Part shown: positions 9,901 through 20,770 of the stretch, piece by piece
Layout of the letters: every line of letters begins with the position of its first letter
Position numbering within the stretch: position 1 is the stretch's first letter
NCBI GenBank assembly: GCA_030704615.1
Contig: CM060731.1
Location: 86,986,001-87,050,000, forward strand
DNA from: Takakia lepidozioides
Lineage: Eukaryota; Plantae; Bryophyta
Reading direction: 5' to 3'
Length of the DNA stretch: 64,000 nucleotides
The notes under the pieces: generated by a model
Told to the model about the DNA's origin: nothing
The model's database searches: none
What the model saw: the letters and a program-made list of their open reading frames with translations, nothing else
Program-made: the position numbers and the translations under genes

Positions 9901-10826
9901 CCCACCATGACCACTCGTTCCTCCACCATGTTGAGCTCTATCCGCTCTGCCAGCAAAAACACATTTGCTAAGGTGGGTTGGGCCGCTTGTAGGAGAGTTG
10001 CATCCCGCACCCTTCTCCTCAGCTCCTTGTCCAATATCCCATACCAGAATTGGACTGCCTGAGCTTCCGTAACCCCTTGGGTTACATTTATCAAGCGCCT
10101 CATGCGAGTGAAAGCCTCCCTCAAGCTCTCGGTCGGCTTCCGTTGGAACTCTTGCAAGCTCCGCAACTTCTCTGTCCTCACCCCTTGGTAGTTCCCTCTC
10201 AACTCTTCGAAGAACTCCACAACAGGGTTGAAGGCAGGCACGGGTGCTAGTGCTGGTGCGGTAGTGGCTTGGGTGGACGTCGTAGCTACTGTACCACCAG
10301 TCCCACTGCTGCTTGCTGAAGCTGCCGGTGCAGCGGCAGGTGTAGCCACTGCCCTCGTGGCTCTAGTGCCCCTAGTGATGGAGACATAGTCGGGTGACCA
10401 GTACATCCTCCACTCCTCGATCTCAACCTCATGCCCCCGCCTGAACTCATGGTAATCATCCATAGGCGGCCCCTCAAGGTGCTGAAACAGCCCCTTCCAT
10501 GCCATGAAAGGCGTAAATAGTTGTGGATTGCGCATTTGCTGCAAATCACACCAACTATCAAACTCTTGGATAAAATCATCCAACTCGATGGTGCCCACCG
10601 CCCCAGAGTACCTTCGTGGCCCCTTGGTAGCTCCATACATCTCCTCCATTGTGTCCCACAACAATGGCAAAGAAACAACTTGCACCGCCGGTATGAGTCC
10701 TCCTGATTCACAATCCGAATCAGAACCTTCTGTAAGACACAGGAGGTGAAGGTGGCCTAAACCGCACACCTCGTCTCGTGTACCCACTAGTATCGCTAGT
10801 GCTCGAACCGGCACTATCCCCAGCAA
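6906..10826 (-). CDS. gag: Gag (two CCHC knuckles), aspartic protease and DNA cytosine-5 methyltransferase in one polyprotein
   Basis: CWTCGGPHVKKDC and CGHCGKHGHGEAQC, protease LLDSGA, MTase motifs LFGG, GWPCQ, ENV, RPR, ERERAMGF, LGQAMD (about 6990-7940). Likely ATG at 10649. Confidence 0.93.
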   Translation of the reverse strand: MLGIVPVRALAILVGTRDEVCGLGHLHLLCLTEGSDSDCESGGLIPAVQVVSLPLLWDTMEEMYGATKGPRRYSGAVGTIELDDFIQEFDSWCDLQQMRNPQLFTPFMAWKGLFQHLEGPPMDDYHEFRRGHEVEIEEWRMYWSPDYVSITRGTRATRAVATPAAAPAASASSSGTGGTVATTSTQATTAPALAPVPAFNPVVEFFEELRGNYQGVRTEKLRSLQEFQRKPTESLREAFTRMRRLINVTQGVTEAQAVQFWYGILDKELRRRVRDATLLQAAQPTLANVFLLAERIELNMVEERVVMVGFAKETPRGSGAPSQPLPQRAQGNKGAQVKLREGQRGPQMQGSLPSFAGQQRADVVCWTCGGPHVKKDCPEGGKGPAHAQPAQLQCGHCGKHGHGEAQCYGLHPELRPGQFQGNNGGRGRGGAAQRGRGGQPRGAGQGQAQRGQGRGGQGVDQGMANRLQQLEQRLAAMATAQVVPALRPDGPPPAPEGGDMGGMGFMCGAALPLVQVESAAAVTRGAARVPEPRGAEVELDPQRGEASRQARLPQSFTLAETVSTPSMAPSSRPTVTEAEVTMPLGRATRVAPLPSVAKATAASVLLGAATSVCQAPLFSATMIATPGVRPAEVFRLAATLCESGEVTSSSAEIVGGVVPEGSSDLRVKTATAAPWQAAAARLMELPARPAIERAMVTPGVVMLDNQDGIFCLSGPAGKRYRPLRVLLDSGAQPLMLGRAAIAGLGLTEADMEPCPFQIQTSLGGSEQARGMTRRELAIRLRPDHPTDGSVMRAKAIVTDAVSYDVLVGGAVLYPMGFTLDFWEESASYRPAWQSGEGRRVQLPVTFIGGVAVAQRGKMPTLAAFTAAVSWPRELLEGNAHSEDVPPPGEQDDMYGMAELPTMVAQTPLWGTSKDLQRDADRRVQQAWVEAFVPSGEEESVGIAPGPPQLSPLDTTPIVWQSPDEGICLLDLFGGISTGLAAVLQAGVRVRRYLYVERDETARRVSLRHVAQLVQRYPELLSVSAIRGYQQALPADISLLGAQDLERVGSIDLVVAGWPCQGHSSAGHGNGLRDSRSGLFWEMVRVLRHLQLHQAVSPAYILENVPLMGDSRARVMASVHQVRSWLGSAVLLDAATVGSRAHRPRLWWTNMMPPALLKRAFDGVQRPAHLTVDNILDTGRQSQRVRHDDRSPLAVVNKVGQPRAALPTLLSFPGSHAFRDSGPGLLWDAQLQQLVEPNADERERAMGFTTGTTAVSSLSEASRRQVLGQAMDLNCLTWIISLALLSNAECGIHFPQWSLCLPRRYRQ

Positions 10827-11589
10827 CTAGTGGCACCTCCGTGTTGACACTCAACCGGTCATGAACATGTCCCTAACCCCCTCTCCACAAGGTAACCGGG
10901 TAGAGAACCTGTTGCGGCTTATGGTTTGGAATACTAAGTTCCTAACATAGCCTACACCTGTACCTGCATCCACCGCAAGCACTCCTATGGTTGGCTGGTC
11001 ATCACCTCCAACCTCACCACAGGAGAAACAATGATGGTCTGGCTGGTCATCACCCCAGCCTCACCATCGACAGCATGCTCTAGGACTGGCCGGTGATCAA
11101 ATCCGGACCAATCACCTATAAAAACAAGCGCCCACACAAAACTAGCATGGCGCACAGTCAAGCATGCAGGTATGGAGGGGATCCAAACACAAGAAATCAG
11201 AACGACAACTCCCCCACACCAAAAACAACTCCACGGTGTTGCTCCTGCAAGGACACCCCAGCCCAAACTCGGACTGACTCTTGCCTCCACCTACGGAAAG
11301 GTCTTGGCCTAATGAGAGGGTGGAAACTACGAGGAAGAGAAGCTAAAGCAATGCCTAACCCAGCATGCCCTCATCCCAACACTCTTCCTCTCCTCTCTTC
11401 CCTCACTTGCATGACCATGGGAATATCATGAAGATACTCCTCAAACCGCCCTCCACGAGCTTCAAAATTCGGCCTTCCATACCACATGCCAGTCCTTAGG
11501 CAGTCCACCAGTGCCTCCACGAGTCAGCACAGGCCGTCCACAGGTCAACACGGGCCACCACAGACCAGCACAGGCCCACACAGCTCACT

Positions 11590-12620
11590 GGTCACAGCCG
11601 TCACAGTCCCACAGGCCACTGGGCACAGCCTGTCACAGCCCCTCACAGCTCGTCACAGCCTCAAAGGCCTCAGGCACAGCCTGTCACAGCCCGTCACAGC
11701 CCCAAAGGCCTCAGGCGCGGCCTGTCACAGCCCCTCACAGCCCGTCACAGCCCCAAAGGCCATGGGCACGGCCTGTCACAGCCCCTCACAGCCCGTCACA
11801 GCCTCAAAGGCCTCAGGCACGGCCTGTCACAGCCCCTCACAGCCCGTCACAGCCCCAAAGGCCATGGGCACGGCCTGTCACAGCCCCTCACAGCACGTCA
11901 CAGCCTCAAAGGCCTCGGGCACGGCCTGTCACAGCCCCTCACAGCCGCAAAGGCCTCAGGCACGGCCTATCACAGCCCAAAGGCCATGGGCACAGCCTGT
12001 CACAGCCCGTCACAGCCCCACAGGCCTCAGGGCACAGCCTGTCACAGCCCCGCACAGCCCCACAGGGCACAGGGCATAGCCTGTCACAGCCCATCACAGC
12101 CCATCACAGCCTCAAAGGCCTCAGGCACGGCCTGTCACAGCCCCTCACAGCCCATCACAGCCCCAAAGGCCATGGGCACAGCCTGTCACAGCCCGTCACA
12201 GCCCCACAGGCCTCAGGGCACAGCCTGTCACAGCCTGACACAGCCCGTCACAGCCCCACAGGGCACAGGGCACAGCCTATCACAGCCCATCACAGCCTGT
12301 CACAGCTTGCCACAGCCTGTCACAGCCCGTCACAGCCCGTCACAGCCGCAAAGGCCTCAGGCACGGCCTGTCACAGCCCCTCACAGCCCATCACAGCCCC
12401 AAAGGCCATGGGCACAGCCTGTTACAGCCCGTCACAGCCCCACAGGCCTCAGGGCACAGCCTGTCACAGCCCCGCACAGCCCGTCACAGCCCCAAAGGCC
12501 ACTGGGCACAGCCTGTCACAGCCTGACACAGCCCGTCACAGCCCCACAGGGCACAGGGCACAGCCTATCACAGCCCATCACAGCCTGTCACAACTTGCCA
12601 CAGCCCGTCACAGCCCCACA
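11590..12620. repeat. GTCACAGCC-based minisatellite in the leader of element 1
   Basis: Dozens of 10-11 nt (G/A)TCACAGCC(C/T) units arranged in higher-order blocks. Confidence 0.9.
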
Positions 12621-14139
12621 CATGGCCGCTCTGGCAGTTTAGCCATTTCTCCAAGGGGTTTAGCCACGCCAAGCTAGGGTTTGTGTCTCTTGGACTCTAG
12701 GCTTCTTTCCACCGAGCTATGGTGGCTGTGAGGAAATCAGCAAGGTATCCTTGCTCTTTCGGCTCCCACACACCACCATAGTAGCTCTAAGCCATGAGGT
12801 GGTTGCCACAAACCAAGCCTTCTTTCTCACTTAGCCTCCCCAAACACGCCACTAAACTCAATGGCAAACAACCAAGCCCTGCTGGTTCCCAGCCCTTGTG
12901 AGCACTCATTCAAGCACTCTCATTGGCCATAACATCTGTCTTAGAGCCTATTCCAGCCCTCTACACCTGTTGCTTCAAGAGTTGCGCTCCCTTCAAGCTT
13001 GAAGTTGAAACCCCAACTCACATAGGCCCTACAAGTGCTTTTCTTTCACTCCAAGTGGAAACCAGCCCTAGACCTTCCGTTCTAGCTCTCTAAGGCTTGA
13101 AAACAAGAGCCTCAATGGGCTGAAGGCATGCTCCACACATGCCCCACTCTCACCATAAGAGAATCAGCTCCTTTGCTTCATTTCTTGCATCCACAAACCT
13201 GAAAATACAAGCTTCAGCAGGCTGAAAGCATGCTCTACATGCCCTACAGGGAAACCAGCCCCTTCCTTCCTTCCTTGCACTCCCACACCTAAAAGTGCAA
13301 GCCTTCACCAGGCTGACAGCATGCTCCACACATACATTGCCCTCACATAAGGGAAGTCAGCCCTTCCCTCTTCCTTGCTTGCCCTCCAAGCTTGAAGATG
13401 GAAGCTTCAATGAGCTGAATACATGCTCCACACATGCAACCTCTTCACACAAGAGATATCAGCCCCTATCTTGGCTCCTTGGCTCCTTGATGCTCTCTAT
13501 GACAAAACTAAGCACTCCATAGCCTTTGCCAAGCTCCTGAAACCCTAAGGCTTACATTTCCAGCCACAAGACACTTCTCTTGTGGTGCAAGAACTCTTCT
13601 TCCAAGCTCTGAAACCCTAGGTGCACATTCCATGGCCTTGCCGCACCTCTTAGCTCCTGTTCCAGCCCTGCTCTTGCCATGACAAGAGCCCTCTCAATGC
13701 TGAAGCTCGAGATTGAAACCCAATCTCACCATACTCCACAAAGTGCACTGATTTGCCCCAAGCAAAATCAGCCCTTTCGCTTGGTCTTGCAATCCTTCAC
13801 ACAATGAAAGCTCGCATTCCCAAGTCCAGTTCTCAGCTTTGCCACCAAAGCCACTATAACCTGCTCTTGACTGGTCCTCTTCCCAATCGTGCTTGCTCGC
13901 TCATGCATGTACACAATCTGAAACCATCAAGGTGCTCTGAAATTACCTGCAGCATGGTGCTTTCATCTCTGAAGCTGAAGATCGAATGCCAAGGTCTACC
14001 ACCTCGTAACCCACATCGCCTCCGCTTCTAACAACCAAGAGCTCCATGGTGCTCCTTGCATAACAACTTGGTTTCTCTCAATCTCAAGCAAAAACCACAA
14101 GTGCTACAACTAACTCGTATCTAGCACTCATAGATACGA

Positions 14140-14156
14140 GCTGATCTTTCTCGAGT
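14140..14156 (-). promoter_or_regulatory. Putative self-priming primer-binding site
   Basis: No TGG follows A1. 14144-14156 is the exact reverse complement of LTR 14320-14332 (16/17 when extended). Confidence 0.65.
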
Positions 14157-14482
14157 GATAAAGAAGAAGAATACAAGCACAAGCTCATGCGAGCTCACAA
14201 AGCTGAAGCATAAACTCATGCATATATAACCTCATCACTCAAATACAAGTCAAGCCAAGTGCACCCCACGCCATGGGGAATCCACACTACGGCGCCATAG
14301 CTAGGCGCGGTGAGGCTCAACTCGAGAAAGATGAGCCTCCCGCGCTTGCCGTGAAGATAACCACTCCAGGGCCTAAATCTGCCTTGACCCCTGGATTGAC
14401 ACTTGGGCCAATCCCAAATGTCAATATGTAAAAGCTAGCTATTTCCTAGCTAGTTTCACACTAGTGGTAAAATAACTTGACA
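14156..14482 (-). repeat. Element 1 repeat A1 (5' terminal, TG start, lacks the B segment)
   Basis: Matches 2775-3101. Confidence 0.95.
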
Positions 14483-16129
14483 TATCCTTAAAACGATTAC
14501 TTCGTAATCGTTTCTGAAAGCATACCGTCGGACAACCTCTGTTGCATGTCTTAGGAAATGGGCAGTAGTGTTAATAGCCTATTTTGTCTAAGTCATAAAC
14601 CAGCGGTTAACAGTATGCCCTCCATGCAGAATATTGAGCTTATGTGGTGAGTCTTCACCAAAGCTGAAGTCGTGAAGTCTTGTTTTGGGGGTTGTAAAGA
14701 TTGTGGATATGAGTTTGCAGCATAATACTTCTCCCAATCTGTTTTTTTTTTTTTTTTTGTCGCACGCCGGGTGTATCAAACTCCTGCAATTGTTCTTGAT
14801 CAGATACTGCCTCTTGGTCTTGCAGGCTTGTCAACTCCATTGTGTATTGATCCCAAGGCTCCTCTTCAAATGAGCACTCATCAAAGGATCCCTCCTCTGT
14901 TCAATCTAGCTCTATGGTGAGTGACTGATTTTTTTTTTTTTTTGTGAGTTAGTCAGAGCTCGGTGAAACCAGTCATCATGCACATTCTGCCCTTCTTTGA
15001 TACTTGCTCCATGACATAGTATATGCGGGGTTCCTGCCAATTCTTCACCATAGCAGCCACCTTGACAGATCTTGCCTTCTACACTAGGCTCTTCTTCTTC
15101 ATCCATTGGCATTGTGTCCAAGCAGTTAATGGTCACCGCTTCACTGCATACCACCTTTGTTGTTATCTCAGTGACATATGTTGAACATTTCCCATCCTCA
15201 TCCATTGGGGATTGCAGCTCCCCATGCTGATTATGTGCGTGTGGCCTGCCTCCCTGCAGCACACTCAACTGTTCCTCTAGCAACTCAGAAAATATAAGCC
15301 CCTTCTTGCTTCTCCTTTTTGTTCTACTGTACATCCTTCCCTTGCTGGTGACATTAGTGATCCCTTCATGGAATGTGACGTTGTCAGGCTGATCCCAGCC
15401 TGGCAAATTCCATGCTTCCTGAGTAACCTCATTGCCTTGATTTGCCTTGTGATGTGCAGTGACTTCCCTCACAACGTCACTGTTTTGGCTCACTGCCTCC
15501 CTTGTGCGTGCACACTTCTCCCCTTGCTCAAGTTCCAGCACTTCCAAGCTGAGCTCCCTTGGCAATCCTTGCTGTGCAGTTACGTATCTCACCTGTGCTT
15601 CTTTTTGTGATTGAGCCTGTAACTCACAACTTTTGATTGGAAAATACACCCTCCAGAGTATGCCTCCTTTGTGATGTAGCCATTTGACAGCCTTTCCCCA
15701 ACCTTTGATCAATGCAAATGTGGCTCTTACTGTTCTCTCAATGATCCTGTGAGATCTCTCATTGGTAGCTATGGTCATACAAATTTTTCTTTAATCCATA
15801 TGACCAGCACTAAGATGCAAATCAGAGCCCTCACTGTACTATGAAGTACCCATGCTCTCCATGGTTGTTTTTCTCTCACTGTGATATGGCTTTGATCCCG
15901 TACTACATGACCTAGGCTCTTTTTTTTTGCTCTCAGCAGTGATTGGGCTCTGGCCCGACCTTTCATGTTGTGTTCTTTTTTTTTTGCCCTCACCAGTGGC
16001 TACCTGCCCTGTATCCATTGTAATCTCACTTTCCCTCTTGTCAACCTCAATCTGATTGACCCCTAGAAAAAGCTGGAATCTGACTTTGTGCTTGGACGTC
16101 CCTTCCCTCAGATCGGATAAAGCCATATC

Positions 16130-18765
16130 CCTGCAGGCTGCTTAATCCTATTGATTAAGCCCAATCTACAGTCTCTTTAGCATAAAAGATCTTAGTCGAA
16201 AGGACTGAAGCCTCTTGGTTCATACAAACAGATGGTAGTCAAGAGAAAACAAGAACTATTATGAGATGATACACATTCTCACCATCTCACGTTCTCTCAT
16301 AATGCACATTCTCTCCATCTCACATTCACTCAACACAGAGATACTTCGAATAGCATGGCTTTACTTCAAAGCTCGTCACATCATCACAGAAGTACACACT
16401 GATCCCTGATACTCATACTGCACACTCTCTAAGTTGCGTGTAGTCTTTTTATACTATGCTCGAAAGAGCCGTTACAGTCTGTGGTCGTTAATGACCGTTT
16501 GCCTAACTGCCTACGCAACCTAAAAGGTTTGCTAAAAAGTGGCTCGTTGCAGTGGTCGTGAGCCATAGTGGTAAACGGTCCACTACTCCCTCTATTGGTT
16601 AAAGCCGATGCTAATGTGACCGTGTGATATCGTGGTTCACGGCTCACGGTTACTACACTACTCACTACTGCTCTCGTGGTAATGTACCCTTGTACCGCGT
16701 ACTTAGCCATCTCTGCCTATGGCTCAGGTAGTGTACGTCCATCACTACCCGGTATGTCCCGTTGTGACCCTCATTGTCTGTCCCTCGTAGTATAGCCGTT
16801 ATCATTTATTCCCCCCCCTCTTTTGAAATTGTGTCCGCACAATTTTGTCAGTTCCTGTACTTGCTGTATCTCTTGGGGATGTAAGGTGGTGGCATGTCTG
16901 TCTGCGAGGTAGGAAGTGTGTCCCAGGATTGTCGTGGTGGCAGCTTCTTGTTCCTGTTATCGTCACTGTCTGGTTGCTCCTCTGGTTCGTGAGTAGGCCA
17001 ACTTTCTTCATCAGGGTGTTCTGCTATCCCGTCCCCACGTACCATATCGATTTTGTTGGTCAAGGTTTTGCGGTAGGTTTGCAGCTCTTCCTTGGTCCAG
17101 GGTATAATGTGTTTTGTTGCCCTGCTACCCATTAACCAGTTAACAGCTTGGACCCCTGTTTCTCTGAAAGGGTGGTCTCTGTCCAATACCAATGGTGAAA
17201 AGTGGTCCTTCGCCTGGCGCCATGCTTCAGCATATAGTGGCCTATTCATATATATTGAAGTGCCTGTGACTCTCTCTGGTGGCTGGAATTTGGGTAATTC
17301 CCAGTGAGTATCTTTTTCAATACTCTCATGGCGCTGCCAGCTTCCCCTCATTGTCACGAACATGCGGTACAAGTAACTGCCAATATAAAAACTTGGGCAT
17401 CCCATCACAATGGTTACTGCCGGGGTAGGATTAATCTTCAATTGCCCCATTGCCCACATGTAAGCTACCAACTCCTTGTATTCCAGGGGAGCCTGGCGCC
17501 AGAATTCAACCAATTCTGCCCCTGACCATGTATCATTCTTAGCCAGTGGCCTCATCCTATATCTCAAAGGAATAAGAGTTTGATTGAGTAGATGCAATTG
17601 ACCCAATGATTTGCAAGGAGTTAAGGTTTTGAAAACCTTCTCCAGTATTTCTGGGATTTGGTGGGCTGGTACTACCATCATTTTAAAGTATTCCTCTGAA
17701 TACTTTAACCACTCCCCATCCTGCTTGCATGGCATGATTTGGAAATCATCCACTGCTACTGAAGTTAATGCTACCAGGACACTTGGTAGTGTTACAGGGT
17801 TTACCTCTTGAGTAGATGGCCCTGTTGTGGCCTGTACCAGTGTCTGTTGGCTTGGTGGTGGTTGTATTGCTGGTGGTGTTTGTGTTGGTGTTGTTGTTGT
17901 TGATTGTATTGGTGTCTCTCGTTCGTGATCTTGCTTCTCTTGATCCTCTTCGTCCATGAGTTCCTCTTGTTCTAGAATTGGTGGCAGGAACTCCTCATGA
18001 ATGTCTGTCACCAATTTCACCAACTGGCACTTCATCTGCCTCACCATTGCCCTGTTGAGTTTCTTCATCTCCAATTCACTCCCTTCATTCAACCAAGCTC
18101 TGGGTAAGGGTGCGTCTGCTGCATCCAACCCTGCTTGCAGTGTCAGCTTCACCAGTTGCTGCTTCCATTCTTGTTCATTGCCCATGACAATGTCTCTTTC
18201 TGTGGTGGCGGTAAACAGCCTGCTCTCAACATTCTCCCTTTGCTTCAGCAGTGTAGTGTTGCTATTGAGCCACTTGGTTCCCTGATCTCTGGGAGTCCTC
18301 AGCTGCCCCTTGAGTGTCTCCACCTGCTGCTTTAATGTTTGCACCTGTCCTGTGAGTGTTTCCACCTCTGTCTCTGTTTTCCGAGATCTCTCTCGCTCTG
18401 CATCGACGTCGGCTTGGACATGGCGTGTTTCGTCTCTCTGTCTTTCCCACTTTTGCTCCCACTCATCTCTGCATTGTGCCAACGTGTTGTATTGGCGGAG
18501 TAAGGTTGACTTTTGATCTTCTAATGCTGCAATTGTAACCTCATGGTTACAAACTGTTCTTGCAGTGGCCAATTCCCTCTGGTGCTTCTCTTTGATGTGG
18601 TCTAAGATCATGTTCAGGTTTTCCGGGCTGATGTAATCCTTGGCCCTGTCCATACAAACTGTCAGTTGCCCCAATGCTTGTATTTCCTGCAGAATAACAT
18701 TTTGTGGTGCTTCCTCCAACCCTGTGTCCCATGCTGTTGTATCTAGAACTTGTTGTGCTAGTAGT
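16130..18765 (-). mobile_element. 3' part of an LTR retrotransposon: extra ORF, PPT (16811-16824) and LTR starting TG near 16804
   Basis: Minus-strand AAAAGAGGGGGGGG lies just after the ORF. The ORF is homologous to the extra ORF of element 3. The LTR far end is not resolved. Confidence 0.55.
16848..18719 (-). CDS. Extra retrotransposon ORF: coiled coil, T/P-rich linker, conserved C-terminal domain of unknown function (5'-truncated)
   Basis: 623-aa open frame. The motif FWRQAPLEYKEL...IVMGC...HWEL is shared with 38430-39071. Confidence 0.7.
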   Translation of the reverse strand: MEEAPQNVILQEIQALGQLTVCMDRAKDYISPENLNMILDHIKEKHQRELATARTVCNHEVTIAALEDQKSTLLRQYNTLAQCRDEWEQKWERQRDETRHVQADVDAERERSRKTETEVETLTGQVQTLKQQVETLKGQLRTPRDQGTKWLNSNTTLLKQRENVESRLFTATTERDIVMGNEQEWKQQLVKLTLQAGLDAADAPLPRAWLNEGSELEMKKLNRAMVRQMKCQLVKLVTDIHEEFLPPILEQEELMDEEDQEKQDHERETPIQSTTTTPTQTPPAIQPPPSQQTLVQATTGPSTQEVNPVTLPSVLVALTSVAVDDFQIMPCKQDGEWLKYSEEYFKMMVVPAHQIPEILEKVFKTLTPCKSLGQLHLLNQTLIPLRYRMRPLAKNDTWSGAELVEFWRQAPLEYKELVAYMWAMGQLKINPTPAVTIVMGCPSFYIGSYLYRMFVTMRGSWQRHESIEKDTHWELPKFQPPERVTGTSIYMNRPLYAEAWRQAKDHFSPLVLDRDHPFRETGVQAVNWLMGSRATKHIIPWTKEELQTYRKTLTNKIDMVRGDGIAEHPDEESWPTHEPEEQPDSDDNRNKKLPPRQSWDTLPTSQTDMPPPYIPKRYSKYRN

Positions 18766-20600
18766 AATTGATGTGGATAGGTTCGGCTGTGGGTTCGATT
18801 GTGGGTTGAGAGGCGCCGAGTTGAGCGAGTAGGTTTGCTTCCTCATTACCATGAATGCCAGTGTGCGAGCGGAGTTGAGTAAATGGACTGGATGGTTTTT
18901 GGAAATGGCCCTTTGGACAATGGCAACAATGAGGTTGCGGTCGGGGTGATGATGATGGGAAGAAGGGCGGGAGATGTGGTTTCGAATAAGAAATAGAGAG
19001 GTGAGGCTATCAGTGAAGATATAGTATGGGGGGGAAAGGCGTCAAGTAGAGAGAGAGTGTCGTGGATGGCCATGAGCTCGGCTCTTAGAATGGTGGCAGG
19101 GCCAGGGAGCCGGAAGGCAACACCCCGACCGCTGCCGGCGTGATAAATTCCATATCCTGCATTAGGTTTGGTGAGGGATCCATCAGTGTAGTGTGAGTTA
19201 TCCGGGGGATACTTGAGGGGTGGTGTTTTGCTGATATATTGAGGGGATTGGGAGAAGGGGTGTTGTTGGTATTACTTGGGGGGGGTGCGGCTGTGCCATG
19301 CCTTAGGCTTTGTTTGTTTTGATCCGGGGAAATGTGGTGGTTGTGTGGGTGTGGAGGGGTGTAGCTGGATAATGGATGGTGGCCTTCATTTTATGAGTTA
19401 TGGTTAGCAACTGTTCTAGCTGGTGAAAAAAATGTGTCGGTATGTTTGTATGAAAGGGGATTTTGGACATGTAGAATCAGAGTTAGGGTAGGTTTTTTCC
19501 TTTTGGGGGGGGTATGAACATACTTAAGCTGATTTGGGTCAATTGTGGCATTGACCCCTTCTGGGAGTCATAGGATAGGGTGGGGGGTGCTAGGTGTGTT
19601 TTGCTATGTGAGGATGAGGAGTGTGGAGGCAAGAGGAGAGGAGTGTGCTGCGAATCTTGCCCATTGGAGAGCTTCATAAGCAAGGGGGCCATAGGGGGGG
19701 TGGGCAAAGCCCCTACCCTCCCAGGTATGCTGGGTAGCATTGCCGGTGGCTCCAAAGAGACCATCCCTGTGGTGCAGGCTGGAAAATGTGTGCAAGTTCA
19801 TAGGACATGTCAGTGGATTGGAGTAATATAAGTGAGTAAGCTGAAATGTATTGATAAGTAAGGCGAGAATATCTTGGGGTATGGCATGGTGTGCACATGC
19901 CATTTCCAGTCGGGTGAGGGATCATGGCTTCTTGGGGGGGATGTCTTTGAGGTAGCGGTCTACGAGCCAATATAATTCATGTTAATCTATTATTAGGAAT
20001 GAAGCCAATGAAGCGGCCGTGTTGAGCATAAATATTGGAAAGGCGGGGGCCCATGCGAATTAGTGGTTGGTCATGCTTGACATCTTTGTCGGGGTTACAT
20101 TCAGTTATGCAGATGTGCACGTTAGGGGCATAGATCGGCTGGTGAATGTATCGACTATCTGTAGGTTGGGCGGGGGTGGTGTGTTGTTGGTGAATGTGTG
20201 TTAAGTAGTCTGTGTTAGTATGTTTATGGAATGAGGTGAGAAGGGCAAGATTGTGTTCGGGGTCGCAATCGTCATGTGGGCCAAATAGGTCATTTTCTAT
20301 CTACCATGTGTTGTCTTCTGAGGCGTAACCAGCCCATTTACAGTGGTAGTATGTGTCAATACAGGTGGCACCAAAGGCATCGAGTGACGTTTGGGTTTTG
20401 ACTCCTAGTATGGCTTCAATGATGTATGCATTATTATTGTCATCATTTTGTGGAGAAGGTGGGGGGGACGATGTGGTGAGTGGTTGGGAGTGGGTGGGGG
20501 AGCCTTGCGTATTAGATGAGGGGTTGAATGGCATATGCAGGTTGTGGTCAGGTTCGGTATGTTGTGTGTTAGGTAAATGAGAGGGGGGGGTCGGGTTCTG
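18765..20600 (-). pseudogene. Degenerate retroelement fragment (probably non-LTR): chromodomain, PCIF1-like N6-adenine MTase, RNase H
   Basis: YIIEAIL...YYHCKWAGYASEDNTW (about 20300-20430). YYSNPLTC..FSS...DGLFG..G...W....AHPPY (19604-19903). YTDGS...AGYGIY...TILRAELMAI...IFTDS...HTGIHGNEEANLLA (about 18820-19200). Stops and frameshifts present. Confidence 0.75.
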
Positions 20601-20624
20601 TGACTGTGGGGGTATTGGCTGCAT

Positions 20625-20770
20625 GTCGCGGCCCTTTGCCTTGAGGGCAGGGGGGTCGGGACACAAGAGGGGCTGCCCCTGTGGTGGGGGCAGTGGCAAC
20701 AATAGATGCAGGGGCTGAAGCACCCTTGAGTGCCCAAGGCACTCAAGGAGGCGGAGGCGCTCACTAGGTG
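20625..20770. repeat. Dispersed GC-rich repeat, second copy at about 41023-41163
   Basis: gccctttgccttgagggc...gcgctcactaggtgg occurs in both places. 20926-20972 also recurs inverted at about 48106-48153. Confidence 0.75.

Larger units (their letters stand above)
2586..14482 (-). mobile_element. Element 1: young Ty3/gypsy retrotransposon with split/permuted LTRs, Gag-PR-DNMT and RT-RH-IN-PHD
   Basis: TGTC...GACA termini, 4-bp TSD TATC (2582-2585 and 14483-14486), near-identical repeats, domain order RT-RH-IN. Confidence 0.95.

Noticed and set aside
11486-12677. Long ORFs in three frames
   Set aside because: Artefacts of a minisatellite that lacks stop codons.
2586-14482. DIRS/Ngaro tyrosine-recombinase element
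   Set aside because: No recombinase ORF was seen. A DDE integrase, a protease, TG...CA ends and a TSD are present.
14487-16126. ORF 14912-15778 and neighbours as a gene
   Set aside because: No recognisable domain and interrupted by poly-T runs. Probably decayed TE sequence.
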